In this document: in pieces, positions 29,599 to 39,919 of the stretch
How the letters are laid out: every line of letters begins with the position of its first letter
Position numbering within the stretch: position 1 is the first letter of the stretch
Source: Candidatus Bathyarchaeota archaeon
GTDB taxonomy: Archaea; Thermoproteota; Bathyarchaeia; Bathyarchaeales; Bathycorpusculaceae
Length of the DNA stretch: 64,000 bases
NCBI GenBank assembly: GCA_963806535.1
Contig: CAWDYC010000011.1
Span: 96,001 to 160,000, forward strand
Reading direction: 5' to 3'
Program-made: the position numbers and the translations under genes
Notes under the pieces: generated by a model
What the model saw: the letters and a program-made list of their open reading frames with translations, nothing else
The model's database searches: none
Told to the model about the DNA's origin: nothing

Positions 29599-30457
29599 AT
29601 GAACAGACAACAACACAATCCTCGAAAAACAACAACTAAACCCACAAGTAAAACTCCTAAAAATCCACGCGCCATCCATAGCCCAAAAAGCCCAAGCAGG
29701 ACAATTCGTAATCCTAAAAGCCCACGCAGACAGCGAACGAATCCCCCTAACCCTCTCATCCTGGGACAAAGAAGAAGGCACAATCACACACATATTCCAA
29801 GAAATAGGCTATTCAACAACCGAACTGGGCACCCTGGAAGTGGGCGAAAAAATTATAAACCTAGCAGGTCCCTTAGGAAACCCCAGTGAAATCAAAAACT
29901 TTGGGGTAGCCGCCATTGTATGTGGAGGACTCGGCACAGCAGTAGCTTACCCAGTAGCTAAAGCGCTTAAAGAAGCTGGAAACAAAGTCATATCCATAAT
30001 GGGTGCACGAACCAAAGATCTATTCATTTTAGAGAATGAAATGAGCGCAGTCTCTGACGAAATATTTTTTACATCAGATGACGGCACAAAAGGTCAAAAA
30101 GGCTTTGTAAGCGACGTTTTGAAGTCTTTGATAGCTAAAAATTATAACTTTAACATAGTTTTCGCTATCGGACCTCCAATAATGATGAGTGTAATAGCAG
30201 ATATCACCCGTCCATTTGGCATAAAAACCATCGCCAGCCTAAACCCAATAATGGTTGACGGTATGGGCATGTGCGGCGCATGCCGAGTATCCATTGGAGA
30301 CAAAACCCAGTTTGCATGCGTTGACGGTCCTGAGTTTGACGCTCACCAAGTTAACTTTAAAGAGTTAATGCAACGGCTTAAAAGTTACTGCACTGAGGAG
30401 AAACATGTTTTGACAGTTCAAACTCCTGGAGGTACATGCCAATGTCACGGTCAGTAA
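29599..30457 (+). CDS. sudB: NfnA/SudB-like FAD/NAD-binding [2Fe-2S] subunit; start obscured by probable 1-nt insertion
   Basis: Open frame from ~29603 TDNNTILEK...AQAGQFVIL...ERIPLTL, GPLG, GGLG, GPPIMM, MVDGMGMCGACRV, CVDGPEF. Confidence 0.85.
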
Positions 30458-31909
30458 AAGAAGAAACTAAAGTTCAGAATCGCTTTCAAGCAATTGAAGT
30501 AGCCAAACAGGAACCTTCCGTGCGGTCGAAGAATTTTGAGGAAGTCGTTTTAGGCTACACAGAAGAGCAAGCATTAGCTGAAGCCTCCAGATGCCTAAAC
30601 TGCCCAAACCCCAAATGCGTTACCGGTTGCCCAGTAGGCGTTGACATTCCAGCGTTTATTTCCTGCATCAAAAAAAGAAAGTACCACGAAGCCATCTCAA
30701 AAATTAAAGAAAAAAACAGTCTCCCCGCCATTTGCGGACGAGTTTGCCCTCAAGAAGAGCAATGCCAAAAAAACTGTATAATGGGCAGAAAAGGCGAATC
30801 GGTTTCCATTGGGCGACTTGAACGGTTTGTCGCTGACTTTGAACATGAAAAAGGCATAACGCCTAAGCCGGCAGAGGCATGGAATGGCAGAAAAGTAGCC
30901 GTGGTCGGCGCGGGTCCAGCAGGGTTAACTGTAGCAGCGGATTTAGCTAAGTTGGGGTACCGTGTGGTTATTTTTGAGGCGCTTCATCTTGCCGGAGGCG
31001 TATTGGTTTATGGTATTCCAGAGTTCCGATTACCCAAACGCATTGTTCAAGCTGAAGTTGACTACATCGAGAGGTTAGGCGTTGAATTGCAGACTGATTC
31101 CTTGATTGGCAGACTTTACACTATTCCGGAGTTGTTGGCGCAAGGTTTCGACGCAATCTTCATTGGCACCGGCGCAGGCTTACCAAAGTTTATGGGTATA
31201 CCTGGCGAGAACCTCTGTGGAATCTACTCAGCCAACGAATTTTTAATACGCGTCAACCTCATGAAGTCCTATCAGTTTCCAAAATCCAAAACACCCATAC
31301 ACATGGGCAAAAAAGTGGTAGTCATCGGCGGCGGCAACGTAGCGTTGGATTCTGCACGGTGCGCTCTACGGTTGGGTGCCGAAAGCGTTTCGATTGTTTA
31401 TCGCCGCTCAAGAGAGGAAATGCCAGCTAGAGAAGAAGAAATTAGCAACGCTGAGGAAGAAGGAATCACAATTCAAGTTCCTTGCTGCCCCAACACAGTT
31501 CATAGCTGATGACCATGGGCAAGTTAAAGCTATGGAATATGTAACAATGAAACTTACTGAACCAGACGCGACGGGCAGAAGCAAACCAGTTCCAATCAAA
31601 GGTTCAGAAACTACCATAGATGTTGACACAGTCATAGTTGCCATAGGACGTACGCCTAACCCAATCATTCAAAGCACCACTGAAGGGCTAAAAACGTTAG
31701 TCGGTGGCATCATAGCGGTTGATAAAGACACGGGCCTCACCAGTTTAGAAGCGGTTTACGCTGGCGGCGACATAGCTACAGGTGAATCTACTGTTATTAG
31801 CGCCATGGGTTCAGGCAAAATAGCTGCCAAAAGCATACACAACTACCTCAACAGCAAAAAAGAAAAAGTGCTATTGGTGCACTCCGCCAAGGCAACTAAA
31901 CAGCCTTAA
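30436..31909 (+). CDS. sudA: NfnB/SudA-like (GltD-like) NADPH-dependent Fe-S flavoprotein; frameshift near 31470
   Basis: CLNC...CVTGCP, CGRVCPQEEQC, GAGPAG, YGIPEFRLPK, GGGNVALD; continues in ORF 31376..31909 (YAGGDI, AMGSGK). Confidence 0.88.
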
Positions 31910-31917
31910 ATCTTCTT

Positions 31918-32964
31918 TTATTCTCCGCTTAAGCCGCTTGAATCTGGATTTGATGCTTTAAAGGCACGGTTAACCGTTATTTCAGCCATGCTAAATGCGC
32001 AGTGACAAATTCTTTTTATGTCATCGCGGATTGAGCAGATGCCGCAGACTAAGATCAGAACTTTTTGGTGGACCAGTAAAGGATTTTGTGGCTATTTCCA
32101 TTTCAGCTTTGTCCATTGTTTGTCTGTACTTCATAATTTCAACTGCGGCAGCGACATCTTTTGAGAAGAAGGCTTCAATTCCTTTAATGTAAAGCTCCAA
32201 AACCTCTCTTCCAGTAGAAATCATAATCGACAAAACTTCATCCGGAATCTTCTGTTTTGCACCATTAAGCATAATAATGTGACGCGCAATGTCGGCAGCA
32301 TAATCTCCTGCATACTCCATACGGTAAACAAGAATTTGATGATCCATACAATCTAACGGATCAACATGTAACTCGTTGGCTAAGATTGGATCTTGGGCGG
32401 CGTTACGGAGAATTCTGAGGATAAAGAAGCCAAAGTGGTCAACATCGTCGTCCAAGGACATTACTGATTTTGCTAGTTCGATATCGTTGCTTTTTAGTGA
32501 GTTGATGGCTCCTTCAATCATTGAACGACGAGATAAGGTGCATACGTTGTATCGCTTGCTCCAAAGAAGCCTTCGACTCATCCATGAGGCTTTGAATGTA
32601 AACGCATTTTGAGTCAGCTTCCATAACTCTCATGTAGAGCCTGCCCGCCATGCGGCGAATCGCTTTCGTTTGCGGTACTGTAAAAATTTTTTCGGACGTT
32701 AGCATGATGCCTGAATAGCCATTTAGGAAGGCCCCAAGGATTTTCTGTGATTATGAGTAGTTCTTCTTCGTTTTGTCCAACGCTAAGTGTTATTTCTTTT
32801 GGTTCCGATTTTTTGAGGGCGCCGGGGTAAACGACTAAGGAGCGGTCTCGTTGGATGTTGAATGAAACTGTGTCGCCTTTTTTTAGGTCATTTAGTTGCA
32901 TCCATTCTTTCGGAAGAGATATAACTAGTGATGATTTGCCTAACGACATGATTTTTCGTTCCAT
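31918..32964 (-). CDS. AbrB/MazE-PhoU family regulator; several apparent frameshifts
   Basis: MERKIMSLGKSSLVISLPKEW (AbrB), PhoU repeats DDDVD and MEYAGDYAADIA, split over three track ORFs. Confidence 0.8.
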
Positions 32965-33091
32965 AAGCGTTTCTCCAATTAACATTGCAAAGTATTAACA
33001 GTACATACGTTACCTATTCAATATATATTATACCGCTAAAATCATGAGAAGGAAAACGCCAAATCAGGGGTAAATATTAAAAGAATAGCGA

Positions 33092-34126
33092 TTATGCCTC
33101 AATGATCTTAGCATCTTTGAGTACGTTAACGTTTCCACTGCCCTTTGCCACATAACCAACTTCAAAATGCCTAACTTTACGCTTATCCAACTCACTCAAC
33201 AAATCATCCGCATCCTGTTTAGATACAGCAATAAGCATGCCACCTGCAGTTTCCTTCGCTTCACCCTGCAACAAGGGGTAACCGAAAATTTCCGTCAACA
33301 CGGGTGTCCCTCGAATCACCGGCAGCTGGTCTATAACGATGTCAACTTTGCTCAGCATAGCCATGTTGGCGGCATGACCTTTCAATCCAAAGCCTGTGAC
33401 GTCTGTGGCTGCATGCACGGAGACTTTCTGCATAGCTTCAGCGACAGGTTTGTTGGAAGTTATCATTCCTTTGATGGCTTCATCAACTGCAGTGTCAATT
33501 AAATCCTCAGGTACGTCATTGAGAAGTTCCTTGCCCTCTTCTTCCTTTCGCAAACGGTAAGCAGCCATTGCGGGCGCAATCCCAAGTGGCTTAGTCAAAA
33601 ACAAACGGTCACCCACCTTCGCGCCACGGGTGTAAACTATTTTTTCGGGATCGCTGATGCCTGTTGCTGCTCCTCCAATAATTGGCCAAGGATTCCGAAT
33701 TGTGTGTCCACCAACCACAGGGGCACCCATCTCACGGCAAAAATCACCAAATCCTTTCAGCATCCCCACAGCCAATTCGTCAGGCATATTCTCGGGAAAA
33801 GCCATAATCGACAACACGCTGACAATGTTTGTAACTGCTAAAGCATAGATATCGCTGGTAACGTTGCTTCCTGCAATTCTGCCTTGAATTTCTGGTTCAT
33901 CAACCATGGGAGTGAAAAAATCAAGCGTATTTAGGACAGCAAGGTGGTCTGCGATTTTGACAACGCTGGAATTTTCCCATGGACCAGCCAACACTTCCTC
34001 ACTGAACCCCTCTGACAAACCAGCCTTATCTAACAAACCGCCCAGCTGATACTGCGGAAGCTTGCAGCTACAGCCGTGAACGGGAACGACCTTAGTTAAT
34101 CGGTAATCCAATTTCGTTGCCTTCAA
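33092..34126 (-). CDS. selD: Selenide,water dikinase (selenophosphate synthetase), Cys form
   Basis: HGCSCKL (codons TGT AGC TGC), DFFTPMVD, GGHT, LTKPLG, TDVTGFGLKGH, ETAGGML. Confidence 0.92.
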   Translation of the reverse strand: MKATKLDYRLTKVVPVHGCSCKLPQYQLGGLLDKAGLSEGFSEEVLAGPWENSSVVKIADHLAVLNTLDFFTPMVDEPEIQGRIAGSNVTSDIYALAVTNIVSVLSIMAFPENMPDELAVGMLKGFGDFCREMGAPVVGGHTIRNPWPIIGGAATGISDPEKIVYTRGAKVGDRLFLTKPLGIAPAMAAYRLRKEEEGKELLNDVPEDLIDTAVDEAIKGMITSNKPVAEAMQKVSVHAATDVTGFGLKGHAANMAMLSKVDIVIDQLPVIRGTPVLTEIFGYPLLQGEAKETAGGMLIAVSKQDADDLLSELDKRKVRHFEVGYVAKGSGNVNVLKDAKIIEA

Positions 34127-34195
34127 ATTTATTCATTATTACTCTAGGAACTCTAAAGATAAAAATATTCAATCCCAAAAAAATGGAGACGTGGT

Positions 34196-35488
34196 TTACG
34201 TCTGCTTTTTCCCTTGGATGATTTCGAGGAAGGCTTCGATTCTTGTTTTTATCTGCTCGGAATCGCCCATAGCATAATCCGTTTCAATCTTAAGCATAGG
34301 TAAATCTTGAGCTTTCAAAGCTCGCTCAACTTTTACTCCTTCAACATTGTAGTCATGACAGTTCTGAAGTGTGTAATATATTACACCTTCTGCTTTGAAT
34401 TGCTTAGCAAGCTTAGTTACGCTTTCTAGTCTTTTATCGTTAGGTGTGAAGCAAGCGCAGGGAATCTGGCTGTATTTCTCTACTATAGCCCAAAGCAAAT
34501 CCTCTAAGCTTTCACCTTTCGGCTCAACCAAATCTGTAAAGTACCGTGTGCCTATGCAACTTTCTTCAACAACCACTGAAGCACCAGCGGTTTGAGCTAT
34601 GCTGTGGACTTTCCAATTGGGAATTGCCATAGGGCAGCCTGAAATCATTAGTCTTGGAGCATCTTTGTTTGTAACGCCTTCACCTTTCCGCACACGCTCG
34701 TCGAGTTCATCACAGAGCTCATTCACTTTTGCTGTGAACCGTTTTACGTCATCGTTGAAGCTGATTTGGAAAATAAGCAATGCATCTAAGCCGCTTATTG
34801 GTGATGGATTATTTTCCCGTAAATCAGACAAACGCTTCAGCGCTCTGCGTTTGCTGTTTATTAATTCAATGGATTCTTTTAGTTTTTCAGCAGTTATCTT
34901 GTTCCCTGTAAGCTCTTCTAATTTAGCTTGAAAATCCTCCAGCTCTTTAAACCAGAAAGCTTTGCCCTTTGCAGTGTATGGCTTGTGGGGAATTTCTAAG
35001 ACGTAAGTTGGGATAAGCTCGTTGAGGAGTTCATAAACTTTCTTTTTGCCGTCGCATGTTGTTTCTCCAACCACCAAATCACTAGACTGGAAATATGGGC
35101 ATGTCCGGTTTAGTTTGAAGCCGTAGAATGATTTAACCAAGGGACATAGGTTTCGGGGTAAAACTGCTTCTGCGTCTGGAACGGAAAAGTCTGCGCCGCC
35201 GCATAAACCCACCATTGTAGCATTTGCAGCGTAAGCAAGTTCCTCTGGTGCGTAAATGCAGAAAGCTCCAACGACCTTGTTTCCTGCTGCTCTTTGATCG
35301 TTGAGTTCTTTGATTCTTAAGCCGTGGATTTCTGAGACGACGAAGTCAAAGTAACCCATGCCTTTTGGCCTATTTTTTTGGGATAAAAATACAGCGGTGT
35401 AGTATTGACCTAGAATGTTTAAGAGTTGGTTATGTTTTTCGAGGTCCATTCCGAGGTTTTTCCACATTGGGACATATTTTTCTGCCAT
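34196..35488 (-). CDS. Double-cubane-cluster-type reductase (2-hydroxyacyl-CoA dehydratase D family)
   Basis: FCIYAPEE, GLCGG, PRNLCPLVKS, CPYF, GETTCDGKKK, SGCPM, EESC, PCAC, LKIETDY, TRIEAFLE. Confidence 0.82.
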   Translation of the reverse strand: MAEKYVPMWKNLGMDLEKHNQLLNILGQYYTAVFLSQKNRPKGMGYFDFVVSEIHGLRIKELNDQRAAGNKVVGAFCIYAPEELAYAANATMVGLCGGADFSVPDAEAVLPRNLCPLVKSFYGFKLNRTCPYFQSSDLVVGETTCDGKKKVYELLNELIPTYVLEIPHKPYTAKGKAFWFKELEDFQAKLEELTGNKITAEKLKESIELINSKRRALKRLSDLRENNPSPISGLDALLIFQISFNDDVKRFTAKVNELCDELDERVRKGEGVTNKDAPRLMISGCPMAIPNWKVHSIAQTAGASVVVEESCIGTRYFTDLVEPKGESLEDLLWAIVEKYSQIPCACFTPNDKRLESVTKLAKQFKAEGVIYYTLQNCHDYNVEGVKVERALKAQDLPMLKIETDYAMGDSEQIKTRIEAFLEIIQGKKQT

Positions 35489-35529
35489 TACATCACATGC
35501 CGATAAGAAGCGTATTACACATCATATTT

Positions 35530-35566
35530 ATTAGAATTTCTGATAAGTATTATTAGAAAAGTTGAT
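35530..35566. promoter_or_regulatory. Tandem LysR-type boxes upstream of the double-cubane reductase gene
   Basis: ATTA-GAATTTC-TGAT (35530-35544) and ATTA-GAAAAGT-TGAT (35552-35566), T-N11-A cores 22 bp apart. Confidence 0.5.
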
Positions 35567-35570
35567 TTGA

Positions 35571-35795
35571 TCAACGCTTTTTAATTAAAACCCTAAATTC
35601 TGCACCAGACTTGGAGGCTTCAACAACCTCGTGACCATTATTCTTAACCCAACGCTGAACATTATCAAACTCCAACTCTCCCTCACCAACAACCTCTAGT
35701 AGATGACCAGAAGCCATGCTTTCCAGCTTACGCTTCGTAAAGGCAACAGGCATAGGACACATTTTTCCTTTAACATCTAACTTTTCAAATGCCAA
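35571..35795 (-). CDS. TusA/SirA/YedF-family sulfur (or selenium) carrier
   Basis: LDVKGKMCPMP motif, 74 aa. Confidence 0.9.
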   Translation of the reverse strand: MAFEKLDVKGKMCPMPVAFTKRKLESMASGHLLEVVGEGELEFDNVQRWVKNNGHEVVEASKSGAEFRVLIKKR

Positions 35796-35804
35796 AATAT
35801 CCGC

Positions 35805-36156
35805 CTAAAACACAATCACTTTCTCGCTGTTAATTGTCCACTCAACAAGTTCATGTACCGTTGCAATTTTTACTCCATCAAGTAAGTCTGCTTGAGCTAA
35901 GCCGCGAGCATCCGCGCAAACGATGCAGGCTTTGACTTCAGCGCCTCCTTTCATTAGGTCTTCCAGCATTTGGCCGTAATTGGTTAAACCTTGAGAGGGG
36001 TTCTGTCCTTTCTTTGCTAAGTAGACGCCGTTTTCAAACAGCCAAATTCTTACTTTGTGCCCTTCTATATCGCAGGTCCATGCAAATCGTAAGTGCTGAT
36101 AGTGCACGTTCTTTTGCGTACGGTGCTTCATAAATTATTATTGTGAAAGTTACCAA
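35805..36156 (-). CDS. DsrE-family protein; apparent frameshift near 36090
   Basis: TTG start MVTFTIIIYEAPYAKERALSAL, shifted into RFAW...WLFENGV...CIVCADARG. Confidence 0.82.
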
Positions 36157-36188
36157 GTCTTCAACCTCAATTTTACTGAATATCCCTT

Positions 36189-36203
36189 ATTAAAAAAACT
36201 AAT
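36189..36203. promoter_or_regulatory. LysR-type box in the divergent dsrE/lysR intergenic region
   Basis: ATTA-AAAAAAC-TAAT, same ATTA-N7-TRAT pattern as 35530-35566; region is AT-rich. Confidence 0.4.
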
Positions 36204-36286
36204 ATAATTCTTTCTATCAAAACAAATAACATATAAACATTATACAGAAACTAAATACAAAACAAAAAGGGGTTCTAACAAAGCAC

Positions 36287-37220
36287 ATGGAAACCATAAG
36301 ATTCGATTACCTCAAAACATTCCTCACAGTCGCAAGAACTCGCAGCTTTTCAATTGCGGCAAAAGAGCTTGCAACAAGTCAAGGCACAGTAAGCCACCAC
36401 ATAGCAGCACTAGAAGCATATTTCGATGCAGAACTGTTCAAACGCACAGCCAACGGCGTAGAGGTCACCGCAGCAGGAGCAACGCTCAAAGAAACCGCAG
36501 AAAAAGTATTGCGAGAAGCTCAAAATGCAAAAGCCCAAATTTCCTTAGCTAAACAAAACCTATCTGGAACCATAAGCATAGCTGCAAGTACCATACCAGA
36601 AGAGCACATAATTCCCAGTCTAATTTCTGAGTTCCAAAATCAGTATCCTCATGTGAAATTTAAAATTAAAGCACAAGACAGCCTCAATAGTCTAAGCAGT
36701 TTGCAAGCTAATAGTGTTGATTTTGCAGTAGTTGGCACTTTGAAGGGTTTTGAAGAAGAATTTGGGTTTATTCAAGTTGGGCAAGATGACCTTGTTCTTA
36801 TTGTACCCTGCAATCATGAATTAGCCAAGCAAAAGTCAGTTGCGCTTAATGAAATCGTCAAGTTTCAATTTATTGATAGAGAAGAAACTTCTGGAACTAA
36901 GAAAAGAACTCGAGTGCTTGCTAGAAAACAACAAGCTGAGCTTAGAAAAATTGAAGGTAGCTTTGGAGCTTGGGAGCACTGAATCAGTAATAACGGCTGT
37001 TTCAGAAGGAAGAGGCGTAAGCATAATCTCATCTATTGCGGCAAAAAAAGCCTACGCAGCAGGCTTAATTAAAATTGTTAAAATAAAGGAAGCCAAAAGC
37101 CCAAGAAAACTTTGTATTGTAAGACCTAAAAGACCACTTGTAAAAACATCCGAGGTTTTTTGGGAATTTTGTAAGGGCTATAAATTCAAAAATGAAGCTA
37201 TAACATGCAATGCCGATTAA
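36287..37220 (+). CDS. LysR-family regulator (CysL/selenium-associated type); frameshift near 36900
   Basis: SFSIAAKELATSQGTVSHHIAALE HTH, AASTIPEEHIIP, REETSGT, ELGSTESVITAV. Confidence 0.88.
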
Positions 37221-37234
37221 ACACCTTTTTTTAT

Positions 37235-37564
37235 TTATTCGTCTTCGTCGTCGACCTTCACCAATATTTTTCCTGACTTAATTTTCCACTCGTAGCTTTT
37301 TAGCTTCATCGACGGGTCATCCTCGTATTCGCCGGTTTTGAGGTTAAAGCGCCAATCATGACAAGGACAAATAATTACAGGTCCGTCAAGAGATCCCCCA
37401 GAGAATCCACAAGCCATGTGTGGACAACGATTATCAATAGCGTAAATTTGACCTAACTGTTTAATCAGTAAAACAGGCAACCCTTCAACTCTTATCAGCT
37501 TCATTGTGCCTTCCTGCAATTCTTTTTCTTCTAAAACAGAAATAAAATTGTCTGATTCAGCCAT
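37235..37564 (-). CDS. Rieske [2Fe-2S] ferredoxin
   Basis: CPH...CPCHDWRF. Confidence 0.9.
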   Translation of the reverse strand: MAESDNFISVLEEKELQEGTMKLIRVEGLPVLLIKQLGQIYAIDNRCPHMACGFSGGSLDGPVIICPCHDWRFNLKTGEYEDDPSMKLKSYEWKIKSGKILVKVDDEDE

Positions 37565-37695
37565 AAATTTGTCTCCTCAAAATGTTATTCATAATTATCA
37601 AATAAATTTTGTCTTTTCTTCGTTTAGCAATGGAGCGCTGATTCTCAATTTTAATATTTAAATGCTTAATTCCTAGTGGTTCTAGTGTATTTTTC

Positions 37696-38535
37696 ATGTT
37701 TCATGTGAAGCAAATGAGCCCTTCCGATTTTCAGTTTGCGACTAGGTTAGCGAACACTATGGACTGGAATATGGCGCCTGAGGATTTCGAGTTTAATTCT
37801 TCACTTGAACCGGAAGGCTGCCTGGTTGCTTTCGAGGGCTCCAAACGCATTGGTGTAGCAACGAGCATTAGTTTCGACAAGGTAGGTTGGTTTGGCAACC
37901 TAATCGTTAAAGAAAAATACCGAAGAAAAGGCGTAGGCAGACTCCTAGTGAGACATGCAGTAAACTACTTGCAAAGCAAAGGTGTAAAAACCGTTGGGCT
38001 CTATGCCTACCCGAACCTTGTCAGTTTCTACGGCAGCTTGGGTTTCAAAAATAACATGGATTATTCTCTTCTGCATACAGAATGCCTTCAAAATGTTATT
38101 GCTGAAAACTTGCCGAAAGTGGAAAAACAGCAAATAGGTGCAATAGAAGAGTTCGATGCCGGATTTTTTGGAGGTAACAGAAAAAGATTGCTTGAATCTA
38201 TAATTCTTGAAAAAGGCAACTTAAGCTATTACTACTCTGAAAATAATCATGTTGTTGGGTATGTAGCTGCTACTGTTTACGAGTCAATGGCTTGGGTTGG
38301 ACCTTTAATATGTGAAGCAGGCAACGTTAAAGCTGCCATTGCACTGGTTAAATTGGCTCTTGCAAAATTGACTGGCAAAAATGTTTTCTTGGTGTTGCCC
38401 AAAAAGGAAACTGCGCTTTTGGACATGCTTTTCAGCGTAGGGTTTAAGGAAGATTTTTCTGTTTCGAGAATGTTTCTAGGGGAAGTTACCGTAAAAAATT
38501 GTATATATTTGGCTGAATCTTTGGAACGAGGTTAA
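37696..38535 (+). CDS. Two-domain GNAT acetyltransferase (YitH-like)
   Basis: YRRKGVG acetyl-CoA motif, FYGSLGF, second degenerate GNAT (WVGPL). Confidence 0.82.
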   Translation: MFHVKQMSPSDFQFATRLANTMDWNMAPEDFEFNSSLEPEGCLVAFEGSKRIGVATSISFDKVGWFGNLIVKEKYRRKGVGRLLVRHAVNYLQSKGVKTVGLYAYPNLVSFYGSLGFKNNMDYSLLHTECLQNVIAENLPKVEKQQIGAIEEFDAGFFGGNRKRLLESIILEKGNLSYYYSENNHVVGYVAATVYESMAWVGPLICEAGNVKAAIALVKLALAKLTGKNVFLVLPKKETALLDMLFSVGFKEDFSVSRMFLGEVTVKNCIYLAESLERG

Positions 38536-38538
38536 GTT

Positions 38539-39903
38539 ATGAGTGAAGATTACTGTAAGTTTTTGCTTGAAGATTTTTTGAAGACTTCATTTTCAACAGT
38601 AAAGGTGCTAGTTGAAGGCGCCGCGTCTTCAAAGGGCCAAAACAGCAACCGTAAAGTTACGTTATTCCGTTATGTCAACAGCAAAAAGGTCTCTTTTTCA
38701 TTCTCTGATGAACGTTTCTATTTGCGGGGCTCAGTTGAGTATACGAATCCGCAGTTGACAGTTGAGGAAGTTCAAGGTATTGTCGGGACCCGCCTGCTTG
38801 AAACTTGTGGCAACTATTTTTATGAGCATGGTTTACATCAACCTGATAATGGCGACGTTTCTGCGCTCTTAGAGTTGCTTAAGAAACCTACACAAGGTTA
38901 TATCGTGCCTTTCTTGCTTAATACTGATGATGTGGAAGCTGACCGTTATTCGATGAATCCGCTCAAAGAGTCAATCGTGGATAGTGGTCAAAGTGCTTTT
39001 CCAGCAGCGAACGTTAAAACGGATGAGTTGAAAATCGATGAAGCATATCTCAAAAAATACGATGGCTCATTAATCTCTCAAAAAGAAGCAGTACTTATCG
39101 AAGAAATGCTTCATGCTAGCAATGGCTCTTATCTTGATTTGGTGGATTCAATAAAATATTCGCAGCTAAAGGAGCTGTCGGCGTTTTTTGGGATGGATCT
39201 CTCGCTTTACACATTGCGTATGCCACTTTCTACCTTGCAGTCTGAGAACAAAGACGGCTTGCTCCATTACATAATCCGAGAAAGCAACCAAGATTATGCA
39301 TCAATTGAGGAATCATACACTTGTATGGGTCGCAGTATGAAAAACCGAACAACGCTTTTGACAGTGCCGCATTCCACGAAAGGTTTCGGTTCCAAACGCG
39401 CAGCCAGAGGCAAATTGCACTTTGAAAACAACAAATTAATTGATGCAACAGTCAAATACAAAACTACTCCACTATATCCTAACGCCATGGACCCAGAAGA
39501 CATAGCGGTCGCCATTTGTGAGGACAGTTTCAGCGTTCCAGGCGAAAAACTTGCTGATTACAGTTTTGCCGAAACCCCTTCTTCACCACAGTTTTTCCTC
39601 TATTCAATTGGTTCTCCTGAAGACGCAACTGTTTGGCACGGCGTGGGCGCCTTCGCGGCACCACAACTATTACAGAGTTATCGTTCTGGCCGAATAGCCT
39701 GCAGAGAAGGAAAACTCGTTAAGAATTTAAGCCAAAAGTTCAATATCAAAGTGGATGTTCCCTTGCAATTTAACCTTGCACCCGAAGGCATATGGAGTCA
39801 CCCAATCCACCGCAATATCGACGCGAGCATAGGCAGCGTAGATGATCTTCCAGATTTGGCTCATCGAGGAATGAAACTTGAATACCTCGCATCTTTCAAA
39901 TAG
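38539..39903 (+). CDS. Hypothetical 454-aa soluble protein, no recognised family
   Basis: Long intact ORF starting 3 bp after the GNAT stop. Confidence 0.8.
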   Translation: MSEDYCKFLLEDFLKTSFSTVKVLVEGAASSKGQNSNRKVTLFRYVNSKKVSFSFSDERFYLRGSVEYTNPQLTVEEVQGIVGTRLLETCGNYFYEHGLHQPDNGDVSALLELLKKPTQGYIVPFLLNTDDVEADRYSMNPLKESIVDSGQSAFPAANVKTDELKIDEAYLKKYDGSLISQKEAVLIEEMLHASNGSYLDLVDSIKYSQLKELSAFFGMDLSLYTLRMPLSTLQSENKDGLLHYIIRESNQDYASIEESYTCMGRSMKNRTTLLTVPHSTKGFGSKRAARGKLHFENNKLIDATVKYKTTPLYPNAMDPEDIAVAICEDSFSVPGEKLADYSFAETPSSPQFFLYSIGSPEDATVWHGVGAFAAPQLLQSYRSGRIACREGKLVKNLSQKFNIKVDVPLQFNLAPEGIWSHPIHRNIDASIGSVDDLPDLAHRGMKLEYLASFK

Positions 39904-39919
39904 GAGCAACTGTTAAGAT

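Noticed and set aside
29576-29602. In-frame TGA at codon 9 of sudB/nfnA (ATG CCT CAA ACC CCG AAT AAA CAA TGA ACA GAC), possible selenocysteine near selD
   Set aside because: Non-conserved N-terminal position with no Cys equivalent; removing one A after ATG 29599 gives a clean MTDNNTILEK start, matching the local pattern of 1-nt insertions
34055-34080. Selenocysteine in SelD or FwdB active sites
   Set aside because: Codons are TGT/TGC (HGCSCK; SVCHG in fwdB), no UGA
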